Positions 1 to 8,324 of a stretch of DNA of 30,854 nt are shown piece by piece. Source of the stretch: a virus (lineage: Duplodnaviria; Caudoviricetes); the IMG/VR virus record IMGVR_UViG_3300030376_000714, positions 1 through 30,854 of that record; one strand, given 5' to 3'. Each line of letters opens with the position of its first letter. Position 1 is the first letter of the stretch. The position numbers and the translations under genes were made by a program. The notes beneath the pieces are model-generated. The model saw only the letters and a list, made by a program, of their open reading frames with translations, was not told the DNA's origin and did not search any database.

Positions 1-44
1 TCTCCATTAAAAGTTTGTGGATATAATATAAGTTTAGTTGCCAT
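1..44 (-). CDS. 5' fragment (MATKLILYPQTFNG) of a second copy of the 936-aa tail protein gene, truncated by the window edge
   Basis: Bases 1-61 are identical to 29720-29780, which contain the start of the 26953..29763 ORF. Confidence 0.8.
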   Translation of the reverse strand, partial: MATKLILYPQTFNG

Positions 45-1130
45 TATACTGATTGAGTTCTAAGAGTTTTTGTTTTTTCAACTTCAAATGTGTATTGTAT
101 TAACTGATCGTTGCCAAGCGTTTTTCTTGTAAAGTTTGAGGTTGTAAGTCTAACAGGTGTTACATAATTATTTAAAATACTTTTTTGTGTTCCTGTTATT
201 CCTGTTGGATCATCTTGAAAGCCATCTAGTTGATATACTTCAGGGCTATTAATTAGTTCTTCAAACATTTCGTTTTCTATCTCTTTAACAAAATCTGTAT
301 TCATAGTTATTTTCTCAGTTGTATTAACTCTGAAAGATTTTTTACCACCTTTATAACTAGCGTATTCATAACTACTTTTACTCCAAGATCCTTGTAGTTG
401 AGTATAAGTTGAACCAGAAGTATTAAAAGATTTTACAGATTTTTGTGTAAACGTATAGTAATCCCAAGCTCCCCATTGATTCAGCCAACAAAGTCTTATA
501 GGTTCATATCCTAATTTATCAGGGCAATTAACGTAAATAGTTAATTTTTCTGCTCTTTGAGTTGTAGGGCTTAAACTTGCAAATACATATTCTATTCTTC
601 CGCCTTGTATATAAGGAGCTACCGCTACACCATTAAAGATTGTTGACCAATTTTTAAGGTTTGCAGGAAAGCAACCAAAATATACTATTTCTTTTGCTGA
701 AGAATTACCATAAGTATCATAAGCTCCATTTGCCGAATCAAAATCAATAATTTCTGAAGATAAACTACTACCGTCTTTGTCATAATAGTAAGCAGTAACT
801 CTATCTACTTTAGTAGTAGGAATAAAGGCAATAGTTCCGTAATCATCTATATTAGCATACTGCTCATTAGGAGCATTGGTTAAAAATCTACTTGTTGAAT
901 CTGTCAATACAAATGGATTCATATCAAAACCAAAACTTGGTGCCGAGGTAGGTCTTAATAGTATATCACTATATTTTAAATAACCATTAAAAAAAGCACG
1001 ACTTGCTCCTGCAACTTCTGTTGATGTAACAGGTATGACTGTATTATATGTTGCTGACGTTGAATCTGTATCTAAATACTCTACATAAAATTTAGTCCCC
1101 AAAAGTCTTAATGTATCTGTATTTAATGAA
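1..1130. repeat. Diverged direct repeat of 29720-30854 (circular overlap carrying an alternative allele)
   Basis: Offset 29719. Exact blocks at 1-61, 75-124, 459-475 and 477-502; many third-position changes elsewhere; encoded proteins align. Confidence 0.9.
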
Positions 1131-1474
1131 AATTTATCAATTAAATGTAAAGGGTGTGGGTTTTCACTATCTGTAGTTACCCCTTTATATTCACTATCTT
1201 CTGCCGCCATATTATCGGCTTTTACATAATTTTCTAAAATATTCCTTATATTAAACATTCCAACACCTGCACTATTTGGTGTTGTTTTAAAAGTTCCTTT
1301 TAAATCTGTCGTTGAATTTACATTTGGTATTGTTTTTGCTATATGAATATCTATACAAAATTTAACTCTTGATTGATTAGCTACTGCTGTTGAGTTTGAG
1401 ATCACAAACATTAAATCTTGACCTACTGGTAACCAAATCCCTATTGGTCTTTGTTCTATTACTGATACTGCCAT
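44..1474 (-). CDS. Virion tail structural protein (distal-tail/baseplate-like), allele A, 476 aa
   Basis: Long ORF in the tail module directly upstream of the 936-aa tail gene start (TAATG overlap); WLNQWGAWDYYTF motif typical of Bacteroidota phage tail proteins. Confidence 0.65.
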   Translation of the reverse strand: MAVSVIEQRPIGIWLPVGQDLMFVISNSTAVANQSRVKFCIDIHIAKTIPNVNSTTDLKGTFKTTPNSAGVGMFNIRNILENYVKADNMAAEDSEYKGVTTDSENPHPLHLIDKFSLNTDTLRLLGTKFYVEYLDTDSTSATYNTVIPVTSTEVAGASRAFFNGYLKYSDILLRPTSAPSFGFDMNPFVLTDSTSRFLTNAPNEQYANIDDYGTIAFIPTTKVDRVTAYYYDKDGSSLSSEIIDFDSANGAYDTYGNSSAKEIVYFGCFPANLKNWSTIFNGVAVAPYIQGGRIEYVFASLSPTTQRAEKLTIYVNCPDKLGYEPIRLCWLNQWGAWDYYTFTQKSVKSFNTSGSTYTQLQGSWSKSSYEYASYKGGKKSFRVNTTEKITMNTDFVKEIENEMFEELINSPEVYQLDGFQDDPTGITGTQKSILNNYVTPVRLTTSNFTRKTLGNDQLIQYTFEVEKTKTLRTQSV

Positions 1475-2001
1475 TATTTTTTATTTTTTAATTCTTTTTC
1501 TACGTCTAGTTTTATTGCTTTTAAAATATCGCTACCAAACTGCTTTATTCCAAGCCCTAAAGGTTTTTGAAAGAAACTTATACCTTGTATTCCATCTCTT
1601 TTAATTGCCCTTCCCATTATAAAAGCCAACGACATATTAGTAATAAATCTTCCTGTTTTTTTATCTCTACCTTTTATTCCTTTTTTACTTATCCATTTAG
1701 AAAGTATGTCAGGTGGTGGTTGTTTCCTTGTATAGCTATAAGGACTTGATACTGTTTTGCTCTGATAGTCTTTATATTTTCTTTTCTTTTTATTTCCTGA
1801 AACGCCTTTATCTACAAAAGTTCCATAATTATTCATAATAAACTGAATAGTATATCCTGATGCTGTTTTAGATATTTTGAACTTAATAGAAGATTCTAAA
1901 TTAGAGCCACCGCCTTTAGCTTTTTGCAAATTGCCCTTAGCTCTGTTTACTACCTGCTTACCAAAGCTATTTAGATAATTTTCTACGTTTTGAGTTTTCA
2001 T
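1474..2001 (-). CDS. Putative neck/tail-completion protein (HK97 gp10-like, basic)
   Basis: Basic 175-aa protein with LESSI, YGTFVDKGV and IKRDGI..FF segments; tail context. Confidence 0.5.
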   Translation of the reverse strand: MKTQNVENYLNSFGKQVVNRAKGNLQKAKGGGSNLESSIKFKISKTASGYTIQFIMNNYGTFVDKGVSGNKKKRKYKDYQSKTVSSPYSYTRKQPPPDILSKWISKKGIKGRDKKTGRFITNMSLAFIMGRAIKRDGIQGISFFQKPLGLGIKQFGSDILKAIKLDVEKELKNKK

Positions 2002-2450
2002 TATATACTAGCAACGAATATTTCAACATCTGCATCATTTGAAGCAGTAGGTCTTACTTCTAGTTTAGATAGATCAGCTAATGCTCCATAACTAGGAACT
2101 GCATCTGCTTCAGCTACCATTACATTATCTGCTCTTGCTATGATATGTGAATTTAAAGCGGGTATTAGAATAGTATAATTTGAAGCCGCTCCTGCCACTC
2201 CTAACTCTACATCATAGGTATCTGATAGGTTTGATACTCTAATATATCTAACATTCTCTTTGTCTATTGCTCCTGCACTATCATAAACATTAGAAGAAAA
2301 TGTTGCTATTGTTGTAGTTGCTGAATGAGGACAAGTTACTATTCTTTCAAATGTGTCAGTTATACTTGTTATTGTTAAATTGTTTGTTGATCCTCTTAAT
2401 GCACCATTGATGGTTACACTCTCGGAAATTGTTACTGCTAAATCTGCCAT
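2001..2450 (-). CDS. Putative virion structural protein (beta-rich)
   Basis: 149-aa S/T/A-rich ORF in the structural operon with coupled stop/start. Confidence 0.5.
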   Translation of the reverse strand: MADLAVTISESVTINGALRGSTNNLTITSITDTFERIVTCPHSATTTIATFSSNVYDSAGAIDKENVRYIRVSNLSDTYDVELGVAGAASNYTILIPALNSHIIARADNVMVAEADAVPSYGALADLSKLEVRPTASNDADVEIFVASI

Positions 2451-2453
2451 TTT

Positions 2454-2522
2454 TTATATTTTAATTGTTATTTTTGGTGGTATTATTTGTATTTCTATTT
2501 TCCATATCTTAAACTTAAACAT
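2454..2522 (-). CDS. Unannotated 22-aa peptide MFKFKIWKIEIQIIPPKITIKI
   Basis: ATG at 2522 overlaps the upstream stop (TAATG); fills the gap to the next gene. Confidence 0.55.
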   Translation of the reverse strand: MFKFKIWKIEIQIIPPKITIKI

Positions 2523-3088
2523 TAATATCCAGCTCCTAAATCTGTAACAGGTATTAAGTCGCCATCTTCATTTGCACAAGTAGTAAAGTCATTCATTACT
2601 TTAATGCCCATTGTAAAAGTCCAACCGCAAAGTAAGTTATCAAACCTTTCTTGAAACGGCTCTATTGTAAATTGGTCTTGTGCAAAATATAAAGGAGCAT
2701 TAATATCATTTACTCCTGCTATTGATTGTCTTGAACTGTGCCTTAACAAACCTATAAAATCTGTGCAAATTTGTAGCGTTTGATTCCATACCTGCTGTTC
2801 ATTGTTTTTAGGATCAAGTAATTTAGTTAACTGCTTTGCTTGATGTGTTTGCCAATTTTCTTTTTCACTTACTAAGTCGCAAATAAACAACTGAAAGTTA
2901 TATACTAACTCTGAATCTCCTGTTGTTACTGAAGTTGGATTTATGTGCAAGAGTGGTAGCTTTTCCATTTTTTCTAAATTAATATCAAATATATCTCCAA
3001 CAGATACTGTTGTTATTTGGTCGTGATACTCTCCTAATCTACAAAGAGTATCTATTACGTTATTATAGGTTTTATTTACTATTGCCAT
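2522..3088 (-). CDS. Putative tail terminator/tail completion protein
   Basis: 188 aa with P.LHI, YNFQLFICDLV and EPFQERFDN..CGW segments; position in the tail module. Confidence 0.55.
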   Translation of the reverse strand: MAIVNKTYNNVIDTLCRLGEYHDQITTVSVGDIFDINLEKMEKLPLLHINPTSVTTGDSELVYNFQLFICDLVSEKENWQTHQAKQLTKLLDPKNNEQQVWNQTLQICTDFIGLLRHSSRQSIAGVNDINAPLYFAQDQFTIEPFQERFDNLLCGWTFTMGIKVMNDFTTCANEDGDLIPVTDLGAGY

Positions 3089-3332
3089 AAGTCTTAACTT
3101 TGTTTTGCGTGTTTAAATCTGTTTCATAACTCAACCAAGTAAATGCTTCTAAAAGGTTAAGTCTTGTTATTTTTTCTAGTTTTGAAATATCTGCATTACA
3201 TAATCTATAAAATACTCCAAAATATCCCCACTTTTCAGCAAAGGTTTCTGTTGCTATTGCATCTTCGTTTCCTTCAGCTTGTCCATCAAAGATAATACTG
3301 AAGTCATTGACAATAGTGTCACGAAATGATAA
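3072..3332 (-). CDS. -1 frame extension of the tail assembly chaperone (GT-like; fusion about 260 aa)
   Basis: Open 86-codon frame with no ATG, starting at the G-T9 run (3331-3340): LSFRDTIVNDFSIIFDG...EKWGYFGVFYRL...WLSYETD...; stop TAA at 3072-3074. Confidence 0.7.
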   Translation of the reverse strand, partial: LSFRDTIVNDFSIIFDGQAEGNEDAIATETFAEKWGYFGVFYRLCNADISKLEKITRLNLLEAFTWLSYETDLNTQNKVKTYGNSK

Positions 3333-3853
3333 AAAAAAACCAGTGCTGATTGCACTTGTTGTGAACTCATCTTTTTCATTTCTTCTGCCCTTATGGCTAT
3401 ATTGCCATCATAAGCCTCTATTGTATAAACTTCGTTTTTTTCTTCTACTATCGGTCTGTATAAAATTGCCATAACTTCAGGTAGCTGTTTTTCCATATCT
3501 GTTTTGATAAAAGTTTCTAGATCTGCCCACTCACCTAATGTTATGCTTGATAAGTCAGGGTGAAACCCATATCTTTTACCCTCTATTTCTATTATTCTTT
3601 TTAATGGACTATCCTCTTTAATCTGCAGCTCAGATACCGCTTCCATTATAAGCGCAACATCTTTTAGCTCTAACTGCTCAATCAATTTTTTAGGTATATT
3701 AGATAAAGCCGCTATTGTTTCTTTAGCTTGTTTACTCTTTGTTTCTTTTTGAAACTCAATTAGTTTTAACCAGTTATCTAAGGTTACATCTTCCCAACTG
3801 TTGATTAGTGTAAACTCCTTTGCCTTTCCTTCTTTTTTAATTTTAATCTTCAT
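3254..3853 (-). CDS. Putative tail assembly chaperone (G-like), 199 aa
   Basis: SWEDVTL and ITLGEWADLE motifs; GTT TTT TTT slippery run near the 3' end. Confidence 0.65.
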   Translation of the reverse strand: MKIKIKKEGKAKEFTLINSWEDVTLDNWLKLIEFQKETKSKQAKETIAALSNIPKKLIEQLELKDVALIMEAVSELQIKEDSPLKRIIEIEGKRYGFHPDLSSITLGEWADLETFIKTDMEKQLPEVMAILYRPIVEEKNEVYTIEAYDGNIAIRAEEMKKMSSQQVQSALVFFYHFVTLLSMTSVLSLMDKLKETKMQ

Positions 3854-3859
3854 GTATTA

Positions 3860-3887
3860 ATATAATAGAAATAATTTTATTTTATTT
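3860..3887 (-). promoter_or_regulatory. Late promoter motif copy A (AAATAAA-N11-TCTATTATAT)
   Basis: One of 5 copies; ends 6 nt before ATG 3853. Confidence 0.75.
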
Positions 3888-3895
3888 TTTTTATG

Positions 3896-3903
3896 TATCT
3901 TTG
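3896..3903 (+). promoter_or_regulatory. Bacteroidota sigma-A -7 box TATCTTTG, plus strand
   Basis: Exact TAnnTTTG match followed by CA; no clear -33 TTTG. Confidence 0.5.
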
Positions 3904-3907
3904 CATA

Positions 3908-3976
3908 TCATTTTAGTTTTTAAACCCCTCACTAATACTATTTTTTGTCGTAATACTTTCAGGTGGGGGGTTTTTT
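3908..3976 (+). ncRNA. Candidate ~70-nt small RNA with terminal stem and U-tract
   Basis: Downstream of the -7 box. Stem 3922-3932/3963-3973 has a G-U pair on the plus strand only, then T6. Bases 3908-3921 equal 15066-15079. Confidence 0.45.
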
Positions 3977-5285
3977 ATTGCACATAATACTTACCTATGT
4001 TAGTATCTATTTCATAATACATTCTCATAGCTAGTGCGTCTGAGTAATCAGGTGAGCGGCCTATTATATTTTTGACTATTTCTTTAGGTATCATTTGTAG
4101 TTTATTATCCTTGTCAGCGTCTTTAGTTCTTACCTGCTCGCACTCTTCTATGATTTGATTCTTTACGCTTACATCTGGGCAGTTAATACCGACTTGACCT
4201 TTGTTTATTAGATCTGCTAGCTTGTAATAACATTGAGTTTTTAAATTCTGGTAATTTTCTTTTTTTAATGGTGTTGCATTATTAACAAAACCTTTGCAGC
4301 GCAGGTAGTCTTTAACACCACCACCCACCCCATCTTCATCAACGATTATATTGCTTAACTTAACTTTATGTTCTTGTTGCATTAGCCTGACAGCGTCAAC
4401 AACGTCATTTACAGCCGATTTAAGCAACGTTTGTATAGTTTTAAGGTGTAAGCCTTGCCAAAGCATTATAATTGTTTTATCGCTTCCAAAACGCGCTACA
4501 TCACAACTTATATATTTATCTCCTTCAACTCCTTTTTGACTGAATAGGTTTAGTATTGCGCTATATTCTATTAGACTATCTTTAGTTGCGTCATACTCCC
4601 AGTTACCGAATAGTAGCCTTTGCTTGCTTAGTTCGTCTAGTGTTTCTAGCTGAGTTTTGTAATATTTAGATATATACTCATTATCATCTACTAAAGATTG
4701 TATAAATTTTCTATGCGCCTTTTGATTGTTGTCTTTTGAAGGTCTGTAATATTGCGTATAAACCCAGTTCTTTGCAGGGTTGCAAGTCATAAGCATTTTA
4801 GGTATTAGGTTAAACTCATCTAGCTTATACCTTAATCTACTTGCTACTATGTTTTTAGCTTTTTCTGTTATCTGGTTTGCCTCATCAATAAAAGCTCCTG
4901 TTATCTCTAAAGAACCAAGACTATCAAAGTTTTTATCACTAGGATATAAGAACAGATCTTTTAGCAGTATTTCGCTTTCATTAAAAAATGTTATTATATT
5001 AGAACTAGCGTTAAAGTTATAATGCTTGCCTGACTTCAGGTTCCAGGACTCACAAACCTCAAAGAATGTATTTAGAGTTGTTTTCTTTAGCGCGTCTAAC
5101 TTGCTTCTACCCATTAAGTACCGCACTTTAGGATATTTAACACACATCAATATTAGCCAACTACAACCCACCCAAGATTTACCACCACCTGCAGCACCGC
5201 CAAAAAGCACCTCAGTAGTAGACTTGTCAAACAGGTATTCTATAGCCTGTTCTTGTGTATGAGTAAAACTAGCATCAATATTCAA
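3975..5285 (-). CDS. terL: Terminase large subunit
   Basis: Walker A GGAAGGGKS, Walker B AFIDEA, TCNP motif, nuclease motifs DVARFGSD and SPDYSDAL. Confidence 0.95.
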   Translation of the reverse strand: MNIDASFTHTQEQAIEYLFDKSTTEVLFGGAAGGGKSWVGCSWLILMCVKYPKVRYLMGRSKLDALKKTTLNTFFEVCESWNLKSGKHYNFNASSNIITFFNESEILLKDLFLYPSDKNFDSLGSLEITGAFIDEANQITEKAKNIVASRLRYKLDEFNLIPKMLMTCNPAKNWVYTQYYRPSKDNNQKAHRKFIQSLVDDNEYISKYYKTQLETLDELSKQRLLFGNWEYDATKDSLIEYSAILNLFSQKGVEGDKYISCDVARFGSDKTIIMLWQGLHLKTIQTLLKSAVNDVVDAVRLMQQEHKVKLSNIIVDEDGVGGGVKDYLRCKGFVNNATPLKKENYQNLKTQCYYKLADLINKGQVGINCPDVSVKNQIIEECEQVRTKDADKDNKLQMIPKEIVKNIIGRSPDYSDALAMRMYYEIDTNIGKYYVQ

Positions 5286-5619
5286 CCCCTTTAATATTTA
5301 CGTTTATCTTAACTGGCTCTTCGCCTGAAGTTAAATCTAATTCTGAGCGCTCTACATAGCCACGTCTCTTACCTTTAGTCTTTAGATAAAAGATTGTAGC
5401 AGCCGTACTACTATCTTGTATTTGTTCAAACAGCTTGCTTTCTACAAAGTCTAGGGCTACGTCCTGTATATCTTTAGCGGACTTGCTAAACTCTTCATCT
5501 TCTGATAGCCATCTATAATAGGTAGCCCTGCTAATGTCTAGTTGTTTGCAGGCTGTAGTAACAACCCCTAAACTCTTTTCAAGCGCTTTTAATAATGCTT
5601 CCTTTTTATCGTGTCTCAT
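5275..5619 (-). CDS. terS: Terminase small subunit (HTH)
   Basis: HTH ACKQLDISRATYYRW and AATIFYLKTKG..RGYVER; directly upstream of terL. Confidence 0.85.
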   Translation of the reverse strand: MRHDKKEALLKALEKSLGVVTTACKQLDISRATYYRWLSEDEEFSKSAKDIQDVALDFVESKLFEQIQDSSTAATIFYLKTKGKRRGYVERSELDLTSGEEPVKINVNIKGVEY

Positions 5620-5624
5620 TTGTC

Positions 5625-6377
5625 TTATTCTTTACCTTTAAAAGATGCTAGAGGGTAAAATACTAAGCTATTTCTATAGCCGCCTTCTTTAGTAGGTATA
5701 ATAGGTGTTACACCATGTACATTACGCCAGGCAGGATAAACTAATATACTATTGTCTTTGCCGTTCATAGTAGCGTTATAATCTGGTACGTGCAAATCAC
5801 CACCTTTAACATCTTGCTTTTTGTTTATAATTACATTTACACACCCTTTAATATTAGCTGAATCTCTATGAAAGGGAGCGCTAATATTATAATTATTAAT
5901 ACTACTAGTAAAACATTTACCCAATCTGTATTTTTTCGGTACATACTCTTCTATTAATTTAATTTGTTTTTCGTACTGATCTGGCAGTATTTCCTTTAAT
6001 AAGTATTCAGCTTCTCTACAAGCGCCTAACATAGCTTTAATAAAAACTCTTGCGCTCTTAGTATTGTGTACGCTTGATATGCTTGGGTAAGGTCTCCTTA
6101 GATGAGGTTTAGGCGGCACACTACCTATAATAGTGCTGTACTGCTCAACCCCACTAGCTCTAGCCATAATGCTCTTAGGCACTCTTTCGCTTCTAAACTC
6201 ATTATTAGCTATCTCTATAAATTGCTTTAGTTTGCCTGTAATTTGATTCATAAAAAACCCTACTGGCTCGCCTTCATACATAAATATAGAATCTTCTAAT
6301 ATGTTTGGCTCTTTGTATTCGCAAAGGTCTCCAACCTTTATATCATGCTCTACTTGTACTAATTCTATTTTTTTCAT
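5625..6377 (-). CDS. TET/JBP-family 2OG-Fe(II) dioxygenase
   Basis: HxD (FHRD), distal His (HGVTPI) and RNSLVFY, resembling the TET RISLVFY motif; GGDL strand. Confidence 0.8.
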   Translation of the reverse strand: MKKIELVQVEHDIKVGDLCEYKEPNILEDSIFMYEGEPVGFFMNQITGKLKQFIEIANNEFRSERVPKSIMARASGVEQYSTIIGSVPPKPHLRRPYPSISSVHNTKSARVFIKAMLGACREAEYLLKEILPDQYEKQIKLIEEYVPKKYRLGKCFTSSINNYNISAPFHRDSANIKGCVNVIINKKQDVKGGDLHVPDYNATMNGKDNSILVYPAWRNVHGVTPIIPTKEGGYRNSLVFYPLASFKGKE

Positions 6378-6991
6378 ATTTTCTCTTTTTCAGTTCTTAA
6401 TAATTCTAATATCATGCCGCCTACATAAGCGCCATTTGCTACAATATCCCTGTATAACTCTTTTGCCTCTTCATAATCTTTTGCTTCAAAAGGTATTTGT
6501 AAAGCTCTTCTTACATCTCCTTCCATTGCATCTAGCTCTTCTTCAAAGTTTTCCTCGTCTAGTATTGAGTAGTCAGGTTCATCTCTAAACATTCCACTAG
6601 GAAGATCAACACTCCATTCGTCTAACTTGTTGAAGCTGTAGCCATTACCTAATACGTCCCAATCCCACTCACCAAATGAAACGTTATCTTTTACTACTAT
6701 CTCTTGACAAGTTTCTTCATAGGTTTTTTTGTGAATCTTATAAGCGTCTGTAGTCTTGTGGTGTTTCTTTGTGTATTCAAATACTGGCACTTCCTTTAAT
6801 CCCGCTTCAACACATGCTCTATATCTCATGTTCCCGCCTAGTATAGTTCTTTTTTCGTCTACTATAATTGGCCTCATGTCTAGCATTTGCGGTAATTCTT
6901 TTACGCTTTTTACAAGTTTTTTAAACTTAACCTCTTTAATAGTTCTTGGGTTTTCTTGATTTAGATTTAATTCGTTGATTTTTAGTTTCAT
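6374..6991 (-). CDS. ParB/Srx N-terminal domain protein
   Basis: NPRTI...RPIIVDE..ILGGNMRYRA..EAGLKEVPV; ATGA-coupled to the TET gene. Confidence 0.85.
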   Translation of the reverse strand: MKLKINELNLNQENPRTIKEVKFKKLVKSVKELPQMLDMRPIIVDEKRTILGGNMRYRACVEAGLKEVPVFEYTKKHHKTTDAYKIHKKTYEETCQEIVVKDNVSFGEWDWDVLGNGYSFNKLDEWSVDLPSGMFRDEPDYSILDEENFEEELDAMEGDVRRALQIPFEAKDYEEAKELYRDIVANGAYVGGMILELLRTEKEKI

Positions 6992-6994
6992 AAT

Positions 6995-7022
6995 ATATAA
7001 TAGAATTTGTTATTTTTTATTT
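6995..7022 (-). promoter_or_regulatory. Late promoter motif copy B
   Basis: AAATAAA-N11-TCTATTATAT, ends 3 nt before ATG 6991. Confidence 0.75.
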
Positions 7023-7024
7023 AT

Positions 7025-7225
7025 TTAATATTTTGCACACCTTCTGTTAAAGCTATTGTTAAACTTTTTCTCTAACTCTTTGCTAATAGCTTTGCTTAGC
7101 CTTTCGTTTGTTATATTGAACTTATCCGCTATGTCTTGTATTTTAGTATTAGGATTTTCAAAATAATACTTCGCTGCTTTACTTTGCAATATTTTCATAT
7201 ATGCAGTTGATCTTCTTTTCTTCAT
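7025..7225 (-). CDS. Small HTH protein
   Basis: KIQDIADKFNITNERLSKAI HTH pattern. Confidence 0.55.
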   Translation of the reverse strand: MKKRRSTAYMKILQSKAAKYYFENPNTKIQDIADKFNITNERLSKAISKELEKKFNNSFNRRCAKY

Positions 7226-7482
7226 TAGTCAAATGATTCATTGATACCTCTTTCTCCTACTAGCTTTTCCTTAGCACTATCCCATAGCTTGTCGTGTCTT
7301 TTCTTTTTACTTAAAGACGCTTCTGTTCTTTTTATTTGTGGCATACCATCTTCAGGCTCTGATTGCATCCAAAGACCGCAATCACAAAGAGCTTGTATAG
7401 TTCGCCACTTACCCTCTCTGAATCCAATAGTTTGTTTACCTATTTCTTCTTCGTTACCGCATTTACATTTGTATAATGTCAT
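7225..7482 (-). CDS. Zn-ribbon protein
   Basis: CKCG...CDCG; coupled stop/start. Confidence 0.55.
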   Translation of the reverse strand: MTLYKCKCGNEEEIGKQTIGFREGKWRTIQALCDCGLWMQSEPEDGMPQIKRTEASLSKKKRHDKLWDSAKEKLVGERGINESFD

Positions 7483-7742
7483 TCTACTAATTGTCCTGTT
7501 CTTGTTTTACTCTTTTCGTATAGTCTATCTAATTCAAAGTGTAATACATTAATTGCTTTCTGTATATCTTGATCAGGAGAACTGCCTTCTTTATTCCCTG
7601 CTCTTAGTATATATTGAACTGCTTGTGATGTCCAAGCACTAAGATCAAAATCATCTACTATATTCTTAACTGAATATCCATATAATTTACCTGTGTAATA
7701 ATGAGGCTCAGGAGTTGTTTTGTAATCTTCTTTCTTTGTCAT
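7479..7742 (-). CDS. DUF3310-like (SaV/T7 gp1.7-related) protein
   Basis: PHYY...AVQYILRAG.K....DIQKA pattern. Confidence 0.7.
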   Translation of the reverse strand: MTKKEDYKTTPEPHYYTGKLYGYSVKNIVDDFDLSAWTSQAVQYILRAGNKEGSSPDQDIQKAINVLHFELDRLYEKSKTRTGQLVE

Positions 7743-7926
7743 TTTCTAAAATTTTAATTAAACCATCTTGGGTGTTTAGTGTTCTTGGTCTTTTGAACTT
7801 ACGATATTCTTCAGGGTTAAATATTAGCTTTACTTCTCTTACTAAATATCCTTCTTGATCATACTTTACGATCCATCTGCTTGAGTAGTGGTACTTGTTT
7901 CTTTTTAAGTGTGTTAAATAACTCAT
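7708..7926 (-). CDS. Hypothetical protein
   Basis: ATGA overlap with the upstream gene. Confidence 0.5.
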   Translation of the reverse strand: MSYLTHLKRNKYHYSSRWIVKYDQEGYLVREVKLIFNPEEYRKFKRPRTLNTQDGLIKILENDKERRLQNNS

Positions 7927-8324
7927 TCGCTGTATTTTTTATATAATTTTTTTATTCCATCATAACAAGTTGATAAACAACTTCCGCAATTAGTTCCTGT
8001 ATTATAATTTGTCATATATATTGTGTTATATAATGTTATTGCTTTTGTTTTAATATCGTGATTTTTAAATCTACCTTTAATTAAGTTTGGGTATATATCA
8101 ATTATTTCATCAATTATTTCTTTAGGCAAATCGTCAGGAGCTTCTACTTCTGTTGTTTTGTCCCAGTATTTCTGAGGGCAAGCCAATGGTGCTATTCTTG
8201 CCTTGACCTTCATAAAACATTTACATAATTTGCAGTTTCCTAATAAACTATGATAATATTTACAAGACTTACAAATTGTTATCCTGTCCTCATAAACTTT
8301 GTTAGGAACAAAAAACTTATTCAT
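7923..8324 (-). CDS. Cys-rich putative metal-binding protein
   Basis: R..ICKSC, CKLCKCFM, CP..YW and CGSC motifs. Confidence 0.6.
   Translation of the reverse strand: MNKFFVPNKVYEDRITICKSCKYYHSLLGNCKLCKCFMKVKARIAPLACPQKYWDKTTEVEAPDDLPKEIIDEIIDIYPNLIKGRFKNHDIKTKAITLYNTIYMTNYNTGTNCGSCLSTCYDGIKKLYKKYSE

Noticed and set aside
1-1130. Diversity-generating retroelement TR/VR pair (1-1130 vs 29720-30854)
   Set aside because: Differences are not adenine-specific and are largely synonymous, both copies are coding, and no reverse transcriptase is present.
3891-3911. Minus-strand mini-ORF MICKDT with an A-rich leader
   Set aside because: Only 6 codons. It is an alternative explanation for the start-like sequence in the sRNA candidate but has no independent support.
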